A stretch of DNA of 63,394 bases, counting the filler, from Octopus bimaculoides (Eukaryota): the NCBI RefSeq assembly GCF_001194135.2. It is 7 parts of 6 records of this genome, joined end to end, with 100 filler letters (N's around TTAATTAATTAA, not from the genome) between each part and the next. Parts side by side here need not be neighbours in the genome. Positions count along the whole stretch, not along the records: positions 17,787 to 47,736 come from NC_068986.1; positions 47,837 to 56,437 come from NC_068983.1; 5 more parts are not named here. One strand, given 5' to 3'. Each line of letters begins with the position of its first letter. The stretch's first letter is position 1. Of the stretch, positions 37,246 to 48,965 are shown piece after piece. The position numbers and the translations under genes were made by a program. The notes below the pieces were generated by a model. That model saw nothing but the letters and a program-made list of their open reading frames with translations, had not been told where the DNA came from and did no database searches.

Positions 37246-39022
37246 GGTAATAAAAACAAAAATAATAAATCAAAAGAAAAATGCCAGTACATTTCTCACT
37301 GAATTTAGTGAAAACGGAAATAAAATAAATGAATGAAATGCTAAAAGAAATAAGAAGTATCGTATTAAGAAAAGGGAGATATCATCATGAAAATGGAAGA
37401 AAAATTAATATTCTGGTAGATAAATGTCGGAGAAAAACAGCTTGAACATGCGAGCACACCTGCAAATAGAAGCAGCGTTTCGAAATGATACTAAGACTTT
37501 ATATGAAGGTAATGCAAAACACGATTTTTAGTTGGATGTGTAAAATATATCTGGTATATTGAGGAAGTCGTTCACAACAGCCATACCATAATGAGCAGTA
37601 AAAAGTGTATTAAAATATAAGATTCAGCATTTGCTTGAGAAACATAGATGTGTGCTTGACACATCAGAGAAGAGCTCGGATGAAAGACCTGGAAATGTAA
37701 TAGTAATCATTATAGTTTTCTCTACAATAAATAGTAATGATAATAATAAAAATAATTTTAAAAAATGATTTCTACTATTAGCCATAAGGCTCCATCAATG
37801 TTAGAGCAAGTACAAAGACGAAATGGAAAATAAAGCAATAAAGACAGAATGATGGATTTACATTAAGTAAAATATTACATATGTGAAAGGGGCCAATCAC
37901 ATACGGAATTCGGGACAATCACAAGCGACCCTAAATATTCTGTTACAGCCAGTGCTTGCCGTCATACTATAGCTAGGAGCAGGCCCATCCATGCTTGGCC
38001 GTTTCGCTGTTTTCATTCATTCTTCTTTCATAAAATTTCCTGGATGGTAGCACTTCCTTTTCTAATCTTGTCTTCTTGAAGCGTTACTTGAAGATCTTCA
38101 TAAGAACTTCATATAGGATTGAAACCATTGTTCTTAGGCCTTACCGCAACTTCTTTTGCCACAAGTACAAGGTACGAGAAGCTTATCCGTTCTTTTTGTT
38201 CAAAGAAAGATATTGGGTAAATCCTCACTCTCGACAGTCGGGTTCCTTTCGCACGTGCCAACAGCTATTTGACTTAAACCCACAAATCAGTATACTCAAC
38301 ATGTACGTGATGGATGTTTGCATTACTATACACGTATATCCAACAGGCTTAGTGATGCAGGCAATTTTACAACACTATATCTGATTAGTTTATCCAGAAT
38401 AAAGTCCTTTTATCGCTGCAAGGTTAAGGAAAATTTGTAAATTTTCCATAATCTCTGACTTAAAAGTCCTGCAAAATAGACTATTCAGATTGTAACCGTC
38501 AATACCCAGATTTATTTCAGACTAAACTTACTCATATACTATGATTCAGCCTTCTAAAAATATTTATGTTCCATCGACTGCATTATTCCATATCACACAA
38601 TGGCAATATTTCAATGCCAAAAATCCCAATATTGTTCGACGCTTGACTTAGGAGGGCAACTCATTAAAGAGGCGGACAACGATATAATTTGATGCACGAA
38701 CGGCAACACATTTTCCTGGAAGCTCTACAGAAGGGTCTGCCTCAGCCTGTACTTAAGCATCATCAGCCAGAACATTCTAAGACTTCCTAAGTGTGGTTGT
38801 TGCTAACATATGAACATACAAACCAGAAGGATCTAGTTCCCCACCACCATCACCACCAAAACGAAAAAAGAAACATAGAGTTTATGCTCCAGTCATTTGT
38901 GATGTTTTCTAGGCCAACATATAGCAATCAAGCGATAATAAACATCTGAGGTGATGCTAACATTACCCGCTTCCACATGGACATTTAGAGAACACTTCTC
39001 AGACCATTTCTGTATACGATTG

Positions 39023-39237
39023 AAGGCGGTGAGCTGGCAGATTCGTTAGCACGCCGGGCGAAATGCTTAGTGATATTTCGTCTGTCTTTACGTTCTGAGT
39101 TCAAATTCCACCGAGATCGACTTTGCCTTTCATCCTTTCGGAGTTCATAAATTAAGTACCTGTTGAGTACTGTGGTCGGTGTAATCGACTATCTCCCTAC
39201 CCATATTTTCAGGACTTGTGGTGCCTATAATGGAAAG
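39023..39237 (+). mobile_element. Full-length SINE group M (tail A) with an 18-bp TSD
   Basis: catttctgtatacgattg at 39005-39022 and 39238-39255. Confidence 0.95.
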
Positions 39238-39797
39238 CATTTCTGTATACGATTGCTCTGTTCATGATTTTGCTACAGTTTTATACAATACACTGAGAGA
39301 CCTGGTCCGAGCAAGACCTTAAATGCCCAAAACGGAAACACAGTCTAGTGACAAAATCCACCATTCCACGTCGACCTGCCATACGGACACCCGAACTTCA
39401 AGGCAGTGCCGCAGTATAGTCGCACTCCAATGATTGAGACAAGGAAAACCTTATATACATAGATGGATATATATAATATAATATCGTGTACACACACACA
39501 TACATATGCAACAACACATACACACTCATGTTCATACACACGTACGTGTTGGTATGTGTGTGTTTCTTTGTTGGTTGGTAAGAGAGAAATTTTTTTAGAT
39601 AATTATTTAACCAGACAATAAATATATATGTAAGCAAAGCAAAAAAAAAAAAAAAATTAGTAAAGTAGGCATTTCTATAAAAAAAACATACAAACGCAAT
39701 CACTATGCACAAACATGTAAATTCAAACTCACACACAGAGTGAGAGAGAATTTGAGTAAGAGAGGAAGAGAGAGTGAGAAAGGGGGATAAATATTAG

Positions 39798-39842
<45 letters not shown>

Positions 39843-40117
39843 TGTGTGTTCCTTTGTATTCTCCGTTTATTCATTTTGTTTTCGTACAAATCTTTATAAA
39901 ACGATATTTGGTTTTTTTAAGAAGAAAACAGAATATGAGTAATTTGTATGTACATGCATGCGCGTGACGTAGAATATATACACACATTTGCGTTTATATG
40001 CGTGTGTACATATACATATGTGTACGTGTATGCGTGCGCGATTATATGTGTTTGTTTGTCGATTTGTCAATATGTAAATATCATGAATACTTGTTAATAA
40101 CAGATTGCAAAACATAC

Positions 40118-40153
40118 TTAGAAATAAATCAAAGAATTCAGAAGTATATTCTG
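40118..40153 (-). CDS. Tentative 36-nt exon (phase 1-1)
   Basis: Acceptor ctgtcag (NAGNAG), donor gtatgt; xEYTSEFFDLFL. Confidence 0.25.
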   Translation of the reverse strand, partial: QNILLNSLIYF

Positions 40154-40593
40154 CTGACAGACACTAAAATCAAAAGTGCTAATATAAAATGGTGCCAACG
40201 TAATTGTTACATGCGGTTTTCTTGTTGTTGTTGCCCTTTTTGTTGTTGTTTATTTTTCCTAAAGAATTTCAACTTGTTTATCTTCTGTTTTTACAACTCC
40301 CATGTTAAAGAAGTGGTGAAGAGTACATTTCAACTTTTGTAATTAGTATATCAAGTATTTAACCAAAATACAGTGGACACTAGCTACGTATTTATATTAT
40401 ATTATATTATATTATATNNNNNNNNNNTTGTTTATTTTTCCTAAAGAATTTCAACTTGTTTATCTTCTGTTTTTACAACTCCCATGTTAAAGAAGTGGTG
40501 AAGAGTACATTTCAACTTTTGTAATTAGTATATCAAGTATTTAACCAAAATACAGTGGACACTAGCTACGTATTTATATATATATATATATAC

Positions 40594-40875
40594 TTTCCAA
40601 CCACATGATTCCGGGTTCAATCCCACTGCGTAACACCTTGGGCAAGTGTCTTCTAATATAGCCTCGGGCCGACCAAAGCCTTCTGAATGGATTCGGTAGA
40701 CGAAAACTGAGTGAAACCTGTCGTATATATACATGTATATGTATGTGTGTTTGTGTTTGTGCAAGTGTGTGCTTGTGTTTGTGTGTGTGTGTTTGTGTAT
40801 GTGTGTGTGTGTCACTAATACCAAAGCGGTGCTCCAGCATGGCTGCAGTAAAATGACTGAAACAAGAAAAAAAAA
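40594..40875 (+). mobile_element. SINE group 3 (truncated head, internal TA/TG repeat, 3' end)
   Basis: ccaaccacatgattccgggttcaatcccactgcg...gaccaaagcc; aaagcggtgctccagcatggctgcagt. Confidence 0.85.
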
Positions 40876-41393
40876 GAAAGAATATATATGTGTGTATGCA
40901 TGTATGTGCTCTTGTGTGTGTACAAAACGGACTATTGTAGAAGTCACTTGCTTGGAGTATCGTGTAGTGGGACTGAACTTGAAATCACATGGTTAGAAAG
41001 TGAGCTCCTAAACCACACAGCCAAACCATTCACTGACTTCACCTGAATATCAGCAAAAACTCATTTCCAGTGGCTCTAATTACAACCTTCTTTTTACCTT
41101 CTTCTACGTGAATATATCTGCATACGCACTCACATACATTCATAAATACGCATTCACACGTAGATATTATAACTAAACATTAACGCAAGCGCGCATGCGT
41201 GCAGGCAAATGTATGTGCGTGCAAGTGTGCGCCCGTTTGTGTGTGTATATCTTAGTGTGCGCGCGTTACACTGCGTGTATTAAGATTTTCTAAGCGGAAA
41301 TATTCATTTTCTGGCGGAATGCCATTATCGAATGATAACAAACTTCGAAAATATGACATCAACAGAGAGTCCACGTGCATTTTAGAATACGTT

Positions 41394-41435
<42 letters not shown>

Positions 41436-41886
41436 TCAACACAGATAGAAAAATGAGATCAACACAAATGATATCCCCATGTAGTTAATGAAATCGAAAA
41501 ACGAACATGCAATTCGGGATTATCATATCATTGAAGATATAGATTTTAACCCTTCTTCATTGTCGTCGTCGTCGTTTCGTCGTCATCGTCGTGACGTCGT
41601 GTCGTCGTAGTCGTATCGTCCTCGATGTCATATCGTCATTGTCGATTCGTCGTCGTTATTATCTGTTGTGTCGTCGTCTATGTTGTTATTGCTATTTAAT
41701 TTCTTATACTTGTCCGTTTATCACTATTGCAATCAATGTTGATCACTGTTAATTTTGCCGCTGTTGTTGTTGTTGCTGTTGCCAAAAACAATGATCCTTT
41801 GGTTCTAACCGGAATTTTTCTTATAATTTTCTTTCTTGTACTTTGTTACTTGTTGTTTGTTTTGATAGTGATGCTGTTGCTGTTAC

Positions 41887-42007
41887 TCTCGTTTAACACA
41901 AGGCTGCTCTGAGCGGGCAGTTCTAGGAGCATTTTAGCTCTTCTTATTCTTTCATGCATAACCAATGCAGTGTGTCTTTCATTTTCTCGGACACCCATAT
42001 TGTCCAG
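41887..42007 (-). CDS. Putative exon (phase 0 start; donor uncertain at 41900, 41898 or 41887)
   Basis: Acceptor aatgtcttcag; LDNMGVRENERHTALVMHERIRRAKMLLELPAQSSL. Confidence 0.4.
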
Positions 42008-42799
42008 CTGAAGACATTTATATCTGTTTACAAGCATTTTAAGTACTAATATTTGCATTTGATTTGATATTATGCATAACAGTATCAAAATTCCCCCACC
42101 TGCATCGAAACAGCTGTAAGGATTTAATTATACCATGTAAATTATGTGGAAGTCATGAATATATTCCCTACAATTATGGTTGTTTGTACGCCGTTCATAT
42201 CATATTTATCTCTGTGTATGTGCCTATGTGTATAGGTATATGTACGCATGTGTTTGCGTGTGCATATGCACGTATATGCATACAGTACGTTGAAGGATAT
42301 TAAACAGCGGCGAAAATCTAGAGCTTTTCTGACGAAGTGTACCCAGTTACGAGTGTTCAGTTTTCACATTTGCACCCACCTCGCGAAAGCAGTGCATTAA
42401 AAACTGTCCCATTGAATACTCGTAGCCAATGACAGTATTGTTAAAAATAAGTTTTTAGAACATCAACAAAAATAAAGAAAATGAATAAACAACGAAGATG
42501 TCTTTCAAGTATTGTATTTGTAAATTTAAGCCAGCAACTGACATCAAATTCTTTATTATTTCCTAAAAATCAAAACGGCATTTTTAACAAATACAGAAAG
42601 TTGACCTACATAATTTGCCTACATACAATATTAAGAGCAAATATAGGAAAAAGTGCTTTCCACGCGAAAAAAGAAAAAAAAATCCTTACAGTACTTGAGA
42701 AACCGTTTTCAAGCATTCGCCCTGGCCTGATTCGATGTCGCTGACTCTTAACTATTATTGACACGAAACGGACATCTAATCACATTAACAAACACATAC

Positions 42800-42824
42800 T
42801 TGATCTTCGACGTCAAGATCGCTG
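42800..42824 (-). CDS. Putative 25-nt micro-exon (phase 2-0)
   Basis: Acceptor gtattttacaag (alternative cag 3 nt downstream), donor gtatgt; SDLDVEDQ. Confidence 0.45.
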
Positions 42825-44380
42825 CTTGTAAAATACAATGTAACAGAGGGGGGGGGGATTGTATGGATACATACTACACGCTTACATACATGGAAAGATA
42901 TACTTACATGCATGCGTTCATATACACACACAAACTCAAGCACACATATACAGGCACACATAGACAGAACATAAGGATTGGGGAATATTTGCTTGCAAAC
43001 GAAGGGGAAACTATTAGATGAAGTCGAACTTGTATATTTTGCTAGTGACTGAAGTTTCAATAATCGCTACTCCGAGTTTGACACTGACATTTACTGAAAC
43101 GATGTATACGTGCTCGTGTGTGGGTGGAGAGAGAGCGGATGAGAGAGGGAGAGAGAGAGAGAGGCAGAGAGAGAGAGGGAGAGGGAGAGGGAGAGAGAGG
43201 GAGAGAGAGAGAGAGAGACAGACAGAGAGGAGTGAAGAGAAAGAAGTTAGAGAAAGTGAGAGCAAGGGAGAGATAGTGTTCGTGTGCAGTCGAAACTTCT
43301 AGGCCTAATTGTGAACGACAGTTTCATCGGTGCAACATAAATCTGTAACATTGATTATTCTGATAGGCTGCCAATATTTATTGAAATACACTCGCCTATA
43401 TAAGAAACATACGCAAATGTAAGCACACACACACATACGTGTGCATGAATGTATGTACGTATGTATGAACTGAGGGTAATAGCTTAAGTGGGTCAACGTA
43501 ACGAATGTAGGTACCTAATTCAGGTGGTAATGTACCGAATGACTTACACTAAAATTTCTCAAAGAATCGATATATATATANNNNNNNNNNNNNNNNNNNN
43601 NNNNNNNNNNNNNNNNNNNNNNNNNNNNNNNNNNNNNNNNNNNNNNNNNNNNNNNNNNNNNNNNNNNNNNNNNNNNNNNNNNNNNNNNNNNNNNNNNNNN
43701 NNNNNNNNNNNNNNNNNNNNNNNNNNNNNNNNNNNNNNNNNNNNNNNNNNNNNNNNNNNNNNNNNNNNNNNNNNNNNNNNNNNNNNNNNNNNNNNNNNNN
43801 NNNNNNNNNNNNNNNNNNNNNNNNNNNNNNNNNNNNNNNNNNNNNNNNNNNNNNNNNNNNNNNNNNNNNNNNNNNNNNNNNNNNNNNNNNNNNNNNNNNN
43901 NNNNNNNNNNNNNNNNNNNNNNNNNNNNNNNNNNNNNNNNNNNNNNNNNNNNNNNNNNNNNNNNNNNNNNNNNNNNNNNNNNNNNNNNNNNNNNNNNNNN
44001 NNNNNNNNNNNNNNNNNNNNNNNNNNNNNNNNNNNNNNNNNNNNNNNNNNNNNNNNNNNNNNNNNNNNNNNNNNNNNNNNNNNNNNNNNNNNNNNNNNNN
44101 NNNNNNNNNNNNNNNNNNNNNNNNNNNNNNNNNNNNNNNNNNNNNNNNNNNNNNNNNNNNNNNNNNNNNNNNNNNNNNNNNNNNNNNNNNNNNNNNNNNN
44201 NNNNNNNNNNNNNNNNNNNNNNNNNNNNNNNNNNNNNNNNNNNNNNNNNNNNNNNNNNNNNNNNNNNNNNNNNNNNNNNNNNNNNNNNNNNNNNNNNNNN
44301 NNNNNNNNNNNNNNNNNNNNNNNNNNNNNNNNNNNNNNNNNNNNNNNNNNNNNNNNNNNNNNNNNNNNNNNNNNNNNNNN

Positions 44381-44439
<59 letters not shown>

Positions 44440-44740
44440 CGCCTGCACCACGATGTTCTGTACCCAAAACAGGTTGACTATCCAATCAGTCGTCCAAAAT
44501 ACTCAACGCCAAAATAGCTTCTTCCAATCGTTATCGATATTAATGGGCAGGCTGTAATTCTGACGATTTCTTCAAAGACCATGTGATCATTTGAACATAC
44601 AGTAATCGCACTTTAAATTTTTTTCTCCTCATTAACAATTGTCTCTTTTCAGTCGCCTGACATACATTGTTTCACCGAAACCTGATGATTGGCATCATGT
44701 TATGAAACTGTAATCTCCGTTTACCCTCTATGACATATAC

Positions 44741-44815
44741 GTAACCATATGGCTCTTGCGGGGTCCACATAAAATTTTGTTGTTAAAGTCTACGTGCAAT
44801 AATTTGGTTATCCAT
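44741..44815 (-). CDS. Putative 75-nt exon (phase 2-2)
   Basis: Acceptor ttttgtgtattgtag, donor gtatat; only one frame is open: WITKLLHVDFNNKILCGPRKSHMVT. Confidence 0.45.
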
Positions 44816-45254
44816 CTACAATACACAAAATAATTCAACGTTTCTTTTATAAAATTCCTAATAATGTTTAATTATAAAAATATAATAGGATCTTTTAAAC
44901 ATTGAAGTCCAGTATAATAAAATAAGGATGAAGGGGGTTGATAGGTACAAAATGATGAAGAATCACTGCACTATATAAATATATATCACAATAAAGACGC
45001 TTCAGATACTATATAATAAATAAACACACATCAACAAATATAGGTGAGCATGTACGTATATGTAAGCGCTTGCCTACATATGAGAGAGTATGTAGCGCAT
45101 GCGTGCACCTGAATATATTTGAATTAATATGATGATGAGTCATCATTTAACCTAGGCGTTTCTTTCTGGAAGTATCCCTCCATGTGTCTGTTTACAGTTT
45201 AGGCTGATGTACTTGTGACTCTTGTAATAGTTTATGATTATTATTATTATTATT

Positions 45255-45566
45255 CAGTAGTTTTATTTTTATAACGTGCTTTCACTTCACTACCGAGCGC
45301 AGCTCTGTGCGCCTTGGGTATGTGCTGTGGTTTGCTGTGGTGCTCTTATGTTTACTGTATTGAAAGTGTTTTGCGTAGAATGTGTGCAGTACCCAGTAGT
45401 GCAATTTTCTGTATGTTATATATATTTGTAAGTCCTGGTGTTTTTGTTATGTATTTGTCTGAATATTTTTTTATTATACCTAAGGCACCTACTATGATAG
45501 GAATTGTTTCTGTTTTTAGATTCCACATTCGAGTTATCTCTATTTCCAGGTCTTTGTATTTTGAAA
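45255..45566 (-). mobile_element. R4/Dong-like element 3' end (same family as 20017), running into a gap
   Basis: SKYKDLEIEITRMWNLKTETIPIIVGALGIIKKYSDKYITKTPGLTNIYNIQKIALLGTAHILRKTLSIQ* plus an almost identical 3'UTR. (TTA)n lies at 45238-45254 and 46092-46375. Confidence 0.92.
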
Positions 45567-46138
45567 NNNNNNNNNNNNNNNNNNNNNNNNNNNNNNNNNN
45601 NNNNNNNNNNNNNNNNNNNNNNNNNNNNNNNNNNNNNNNNNNNNNNNNNNNNNNNNNNNNNNNNNNNNNNNNNNNNNNNNNNNNNNNNNNNNNNNNNNNN
45701 NNNNNNNNNNNNNNNNNNNNNNNNNNNNNNNNNNNNNNNNNNNNNNNNNNNNNNNNNNNNNNNNNNNNNNNNNNNNNNNNNNNNNNNNNNNNNNNNNNNN
45801 NNNNNNNNNNNNNNNNNNNNNNNNNNNNNNNNNNNNNNNNNNNNNNNNNNNNNNNNNNNNNNNNNNNNNNNNNNNNNNNNNNNNNNNNNNNNNNNNNNNN
45901 NNNNNNNNNNNNNNNNNNNNNNNNNNNNNNNNNNNNNNNNNNNNNNNNNNNNNNNNNNNNNNNNNNNNNNNNNNNNNNNNNNNNNNNNNNNNNNNNNNNN
46001 NNNNNNNNNNNNNNNNNNNNNNNNNNNNNNNNNNNNNNNNNNNNNNNNNNNNNNNNNNNNNNNNNNNNNNNNNNNNNNNNNNNNNNNNNNNTATTATCAT
46101 CATTATTATTATTATCATTATTATTATTATTATTATTA

Positions 46139-46193
<55 letters not shown>

Positions 46194-46213
46194 CATTATT
46201 ATTATCATCATCA

Positions 46214-46274
<61 letters not shown>

Positions 46275-46291
46275 CATTATTATTATCATCA

Positions 46292-46328
<37 letters not shown>

Positions 46329-46417
46329 CATTATTATTATTATTATTATTATTATCATTATTATTATTATTGTCATTATTTGTCTCCTTCTATGTTTTTA
46401 GTTGAGAGAATTCTCAC

Positions 46418-46442
46418 GTATTTGACAAGTAAATGTCATGGA
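46418..46442 (-). CDS. Tentative 25-nt micro-exon
   Basis: Acceptor ctctccttttag, donor gtgaga; xHDIYLSNT (phase 1-2) or SMTFTCQI (phase 0-1). Confidence 0.35.
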
Positions 46443-47023
46443 CTAAAAGGAGAGCTTTCAAAAAATCAGCACCGAAAGTTTCACATTGTTGATCTTACAA
46501 ATTTTACACATGCATATGCAACAACACACGCACTAGTCATATCCACACGCACATAATCACACACACACACACTCTCTCTCTCTCGCTCTCCCTCCCTCTC
46601 TCTCTCACACACACACACAGAATAATATATACATACATATNNNNNNNNNNNNNNNNNNNNNNNNNNNNNNNNNNNNNNNNNNNNNNNNNNNNNNNNNNNN
46701 NNNNNNNNNNNNNNNNNNNNNNNNNNNNNNNNNNNNNNNNNNNNNNNNNNNNNNNNNNNNNNNNNNNNNNNNNNNNNNNNNNNNNNNNNNNNNNNNNNNN
46801 NNNNNNNNNNNNNNNNNNNNNNNNNNNNNNNNNNNNNNNNNNNNNNNNNNNNNNNNNNNNNNNNNNNNNNNNNNNNNTATATATATATATATATAGAAAG
46901 CGAGAGACAAGGACAGAGAATATATATACATCTTTACATGTATGCATAGGTTTATGCAGATCTCTCAGTCTCTCACACGCTGTCACTTTCTCACTCTCTA
47001 CCTCACTCGGTCCCACTCTCCCC

Positions 47024-47077
<54 letters not shown>

Positions 47078-47551
47078 GTGTGTGTGTACATACAGACGAT
47101 GTTTCGTACTTGTTTGACCGTTGCCGAATAGCTTAATCATTTGGTCAAAAAGGAATACCAACTAAAGAATAGTGATCTACGGAAATATATATATATCGTT
47201 TCAGTAATAGAGTGTGAAAAAGTAGTATTTTTCGAATGACAAAGACAGCAGACATGAAAGAAGATAAGCAAAGAGAATTAGGGAGGTGCGGCGGAGGAAA
47301 ACGTAAATAAATACTGAGAAGATTAAAACTCGGCTTAAAATAATTATCCAGATTGTATGTCAATATATGTCAATGACATTCGTTCATTAATTGTAAACTG
47401 AACGGAGGTTCAAATCAGTATTCCGTCGTGTTAACTATGAATAGCAGAGCATAAATATTGGCAATACACACGCACGCACGCACGCACAAACAAACAAACA
47501 AACTAAGAAACACACATAACCACATACACACGTACACGCATGTATTTATTA

Positions 47552-47736
47552 GAGCGACCGATGCCGGACCGGCCGATTCATCTCACATCACCAGTTCTGC
47601 TTACCAAAAGTGGCCCACTTGGCACCCGCCTCCGATTGGGAAAGGAGCGGCCCGTTTCGCCCGTTCCGAGTTCGTGAGTAGTAACTGGTCCTGTATTTTC
47701 TTTCACCCAAAGCTGGGAACGTTTCAGCACCCCTTC
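47552..47736 (-). pseudogene. Diverged 28S (LSU) rRNA fragment
   Basis: 47591-47618 reverse complement is GTGGGCCACTTTTGGTAAGCAGAACTGG, a conserved eukaryotic LSU segment (recalled). It is followed by TGATGTGAGATGAA, resembling CGCTGYGGGATGAA. The flanks are only loosely similar. Confidence 0.7.
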
Positions 47737-48262
47737 NNNNNNNNNNNNNNNNNNNNNNNNNNNNNNNNNNNNNNNNNNNNTTAATTAATTAANNNNNNNN
47801 NNNNNNNNNNNNNNNNNNNNNNNNNNNNNNNNNNNNTATATATACATACACAGAGGTATATATATACATACACACACATATTTCTGTGTGTGTGAATGTG
47901 AGTATGGATTTGTGTGTTATCGTCCATGATTTGTTTCTCAGGTTGAAGAGTTCCAATAACATCCAGATAGAGTCTGTTATTAACGTTCAGGGTGTTGCTG
48001 ACTGAGAAGGTCATTCTTCGTATGAAGCGCATAGGAAAATGTAGTAATGATAAAATCATTGTTGTTTCATTTTGCACCATAAGCTTTTCATCAACGTTTT
48101 AATTTTAACTTGAAACGTTTCATGTTCAGCTGTGATAGATAAGTAAATAGACAGATAAATGGATGGGTAGATAATCAGATTGAAAGGCAGATAGGTAGAG
48201 AGGCAGAGAGATAGATAGATACATAGATAGATACATAGATAGATAGATAGATAGATAAATAA

Positions 48263-48309
<47 letters not shown>

Positions 48310-48509
48310 CATTCATACATACTTATATCCATATGTATATATAATCCATATATGTATACATATATGATTATATCGAAAGAGAGGGACAAAGAGATACAGA
48401 CATACATGTATCCATGCATAGACCCATGTGAACATTCGTGCATACGTACATACATACATACATACATACATACATACACACATACATACATACATTCATA
48501 GGCATTTAC

Positions 48510-48532
48510 CAATTGATCTGCTTTCAGCAAAC
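48510..48532 (-). CDS. Tentative 23-nt micro-exon (phase 1-0)
   Basis: Acceptor aattttgtatcag, donor gtaaat; GLLKADQL. Confidence 0.35.
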
Positions 48533-48899
48533 CTGATACAAAATTATCAATACAGTATCAAGAGACCATGCAACATTGACCACCGATTTTTTTTTTTTTT
48601 TTTTTAGTCATTAATGTAACATCTATATCTTTTGGGGGCTTGTGTGTAATCCTTTATACTTGGGTACCCTAACGCAAAATATTTATGGGTAACCGTAGCG
48701 CTTTGTGCGTTATATTTTATCATAGTGTGATAGAATGATTTAAAATAGGTTACTTCGGTAGTTTTGTCATCTCTATGAAAACAAAAAGAAATTAAATGCA
48801 TCGAGAGGACCTTTAATACTGCACATAATCTAAATTAGCTGAATTCCGACAATTCCTTGATGAGAGCGGAAAGATTGCTTCTGTATTGTCTCGACTTAC

Positions 48900-48965
48900 C
48901 TGATGCAGCAATGAGATCTCTGTCAGAGGTCAAATTGACGTATATAAAATCTACGGGAGCCATTT
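48900..48965 (-). CDS. Putative 66-nt exon (phase 1-1)
   Basis: Long poly-T tract plus cag acceptor, CAG|gtaagt donor; EMAPVDFIYVNLTSDRDLIAAS. Confidence 0.6.

Noticed and set aside
38076-38384. 102-aa ORF, and a faint Polinton polB-like phrase on the opposite strand
   Set aside because: The similarity is too weak and broken to assign.
39023-39100. SINE heads as tRNA genes
   Set aside because: They have A/B boxes but no complete cloverleaf, and they continue into SINE bodies.
40245-40580. About 155-bp exact duplication around a 10-N gap
   Set aside because: Typical unmerged contig overlap.
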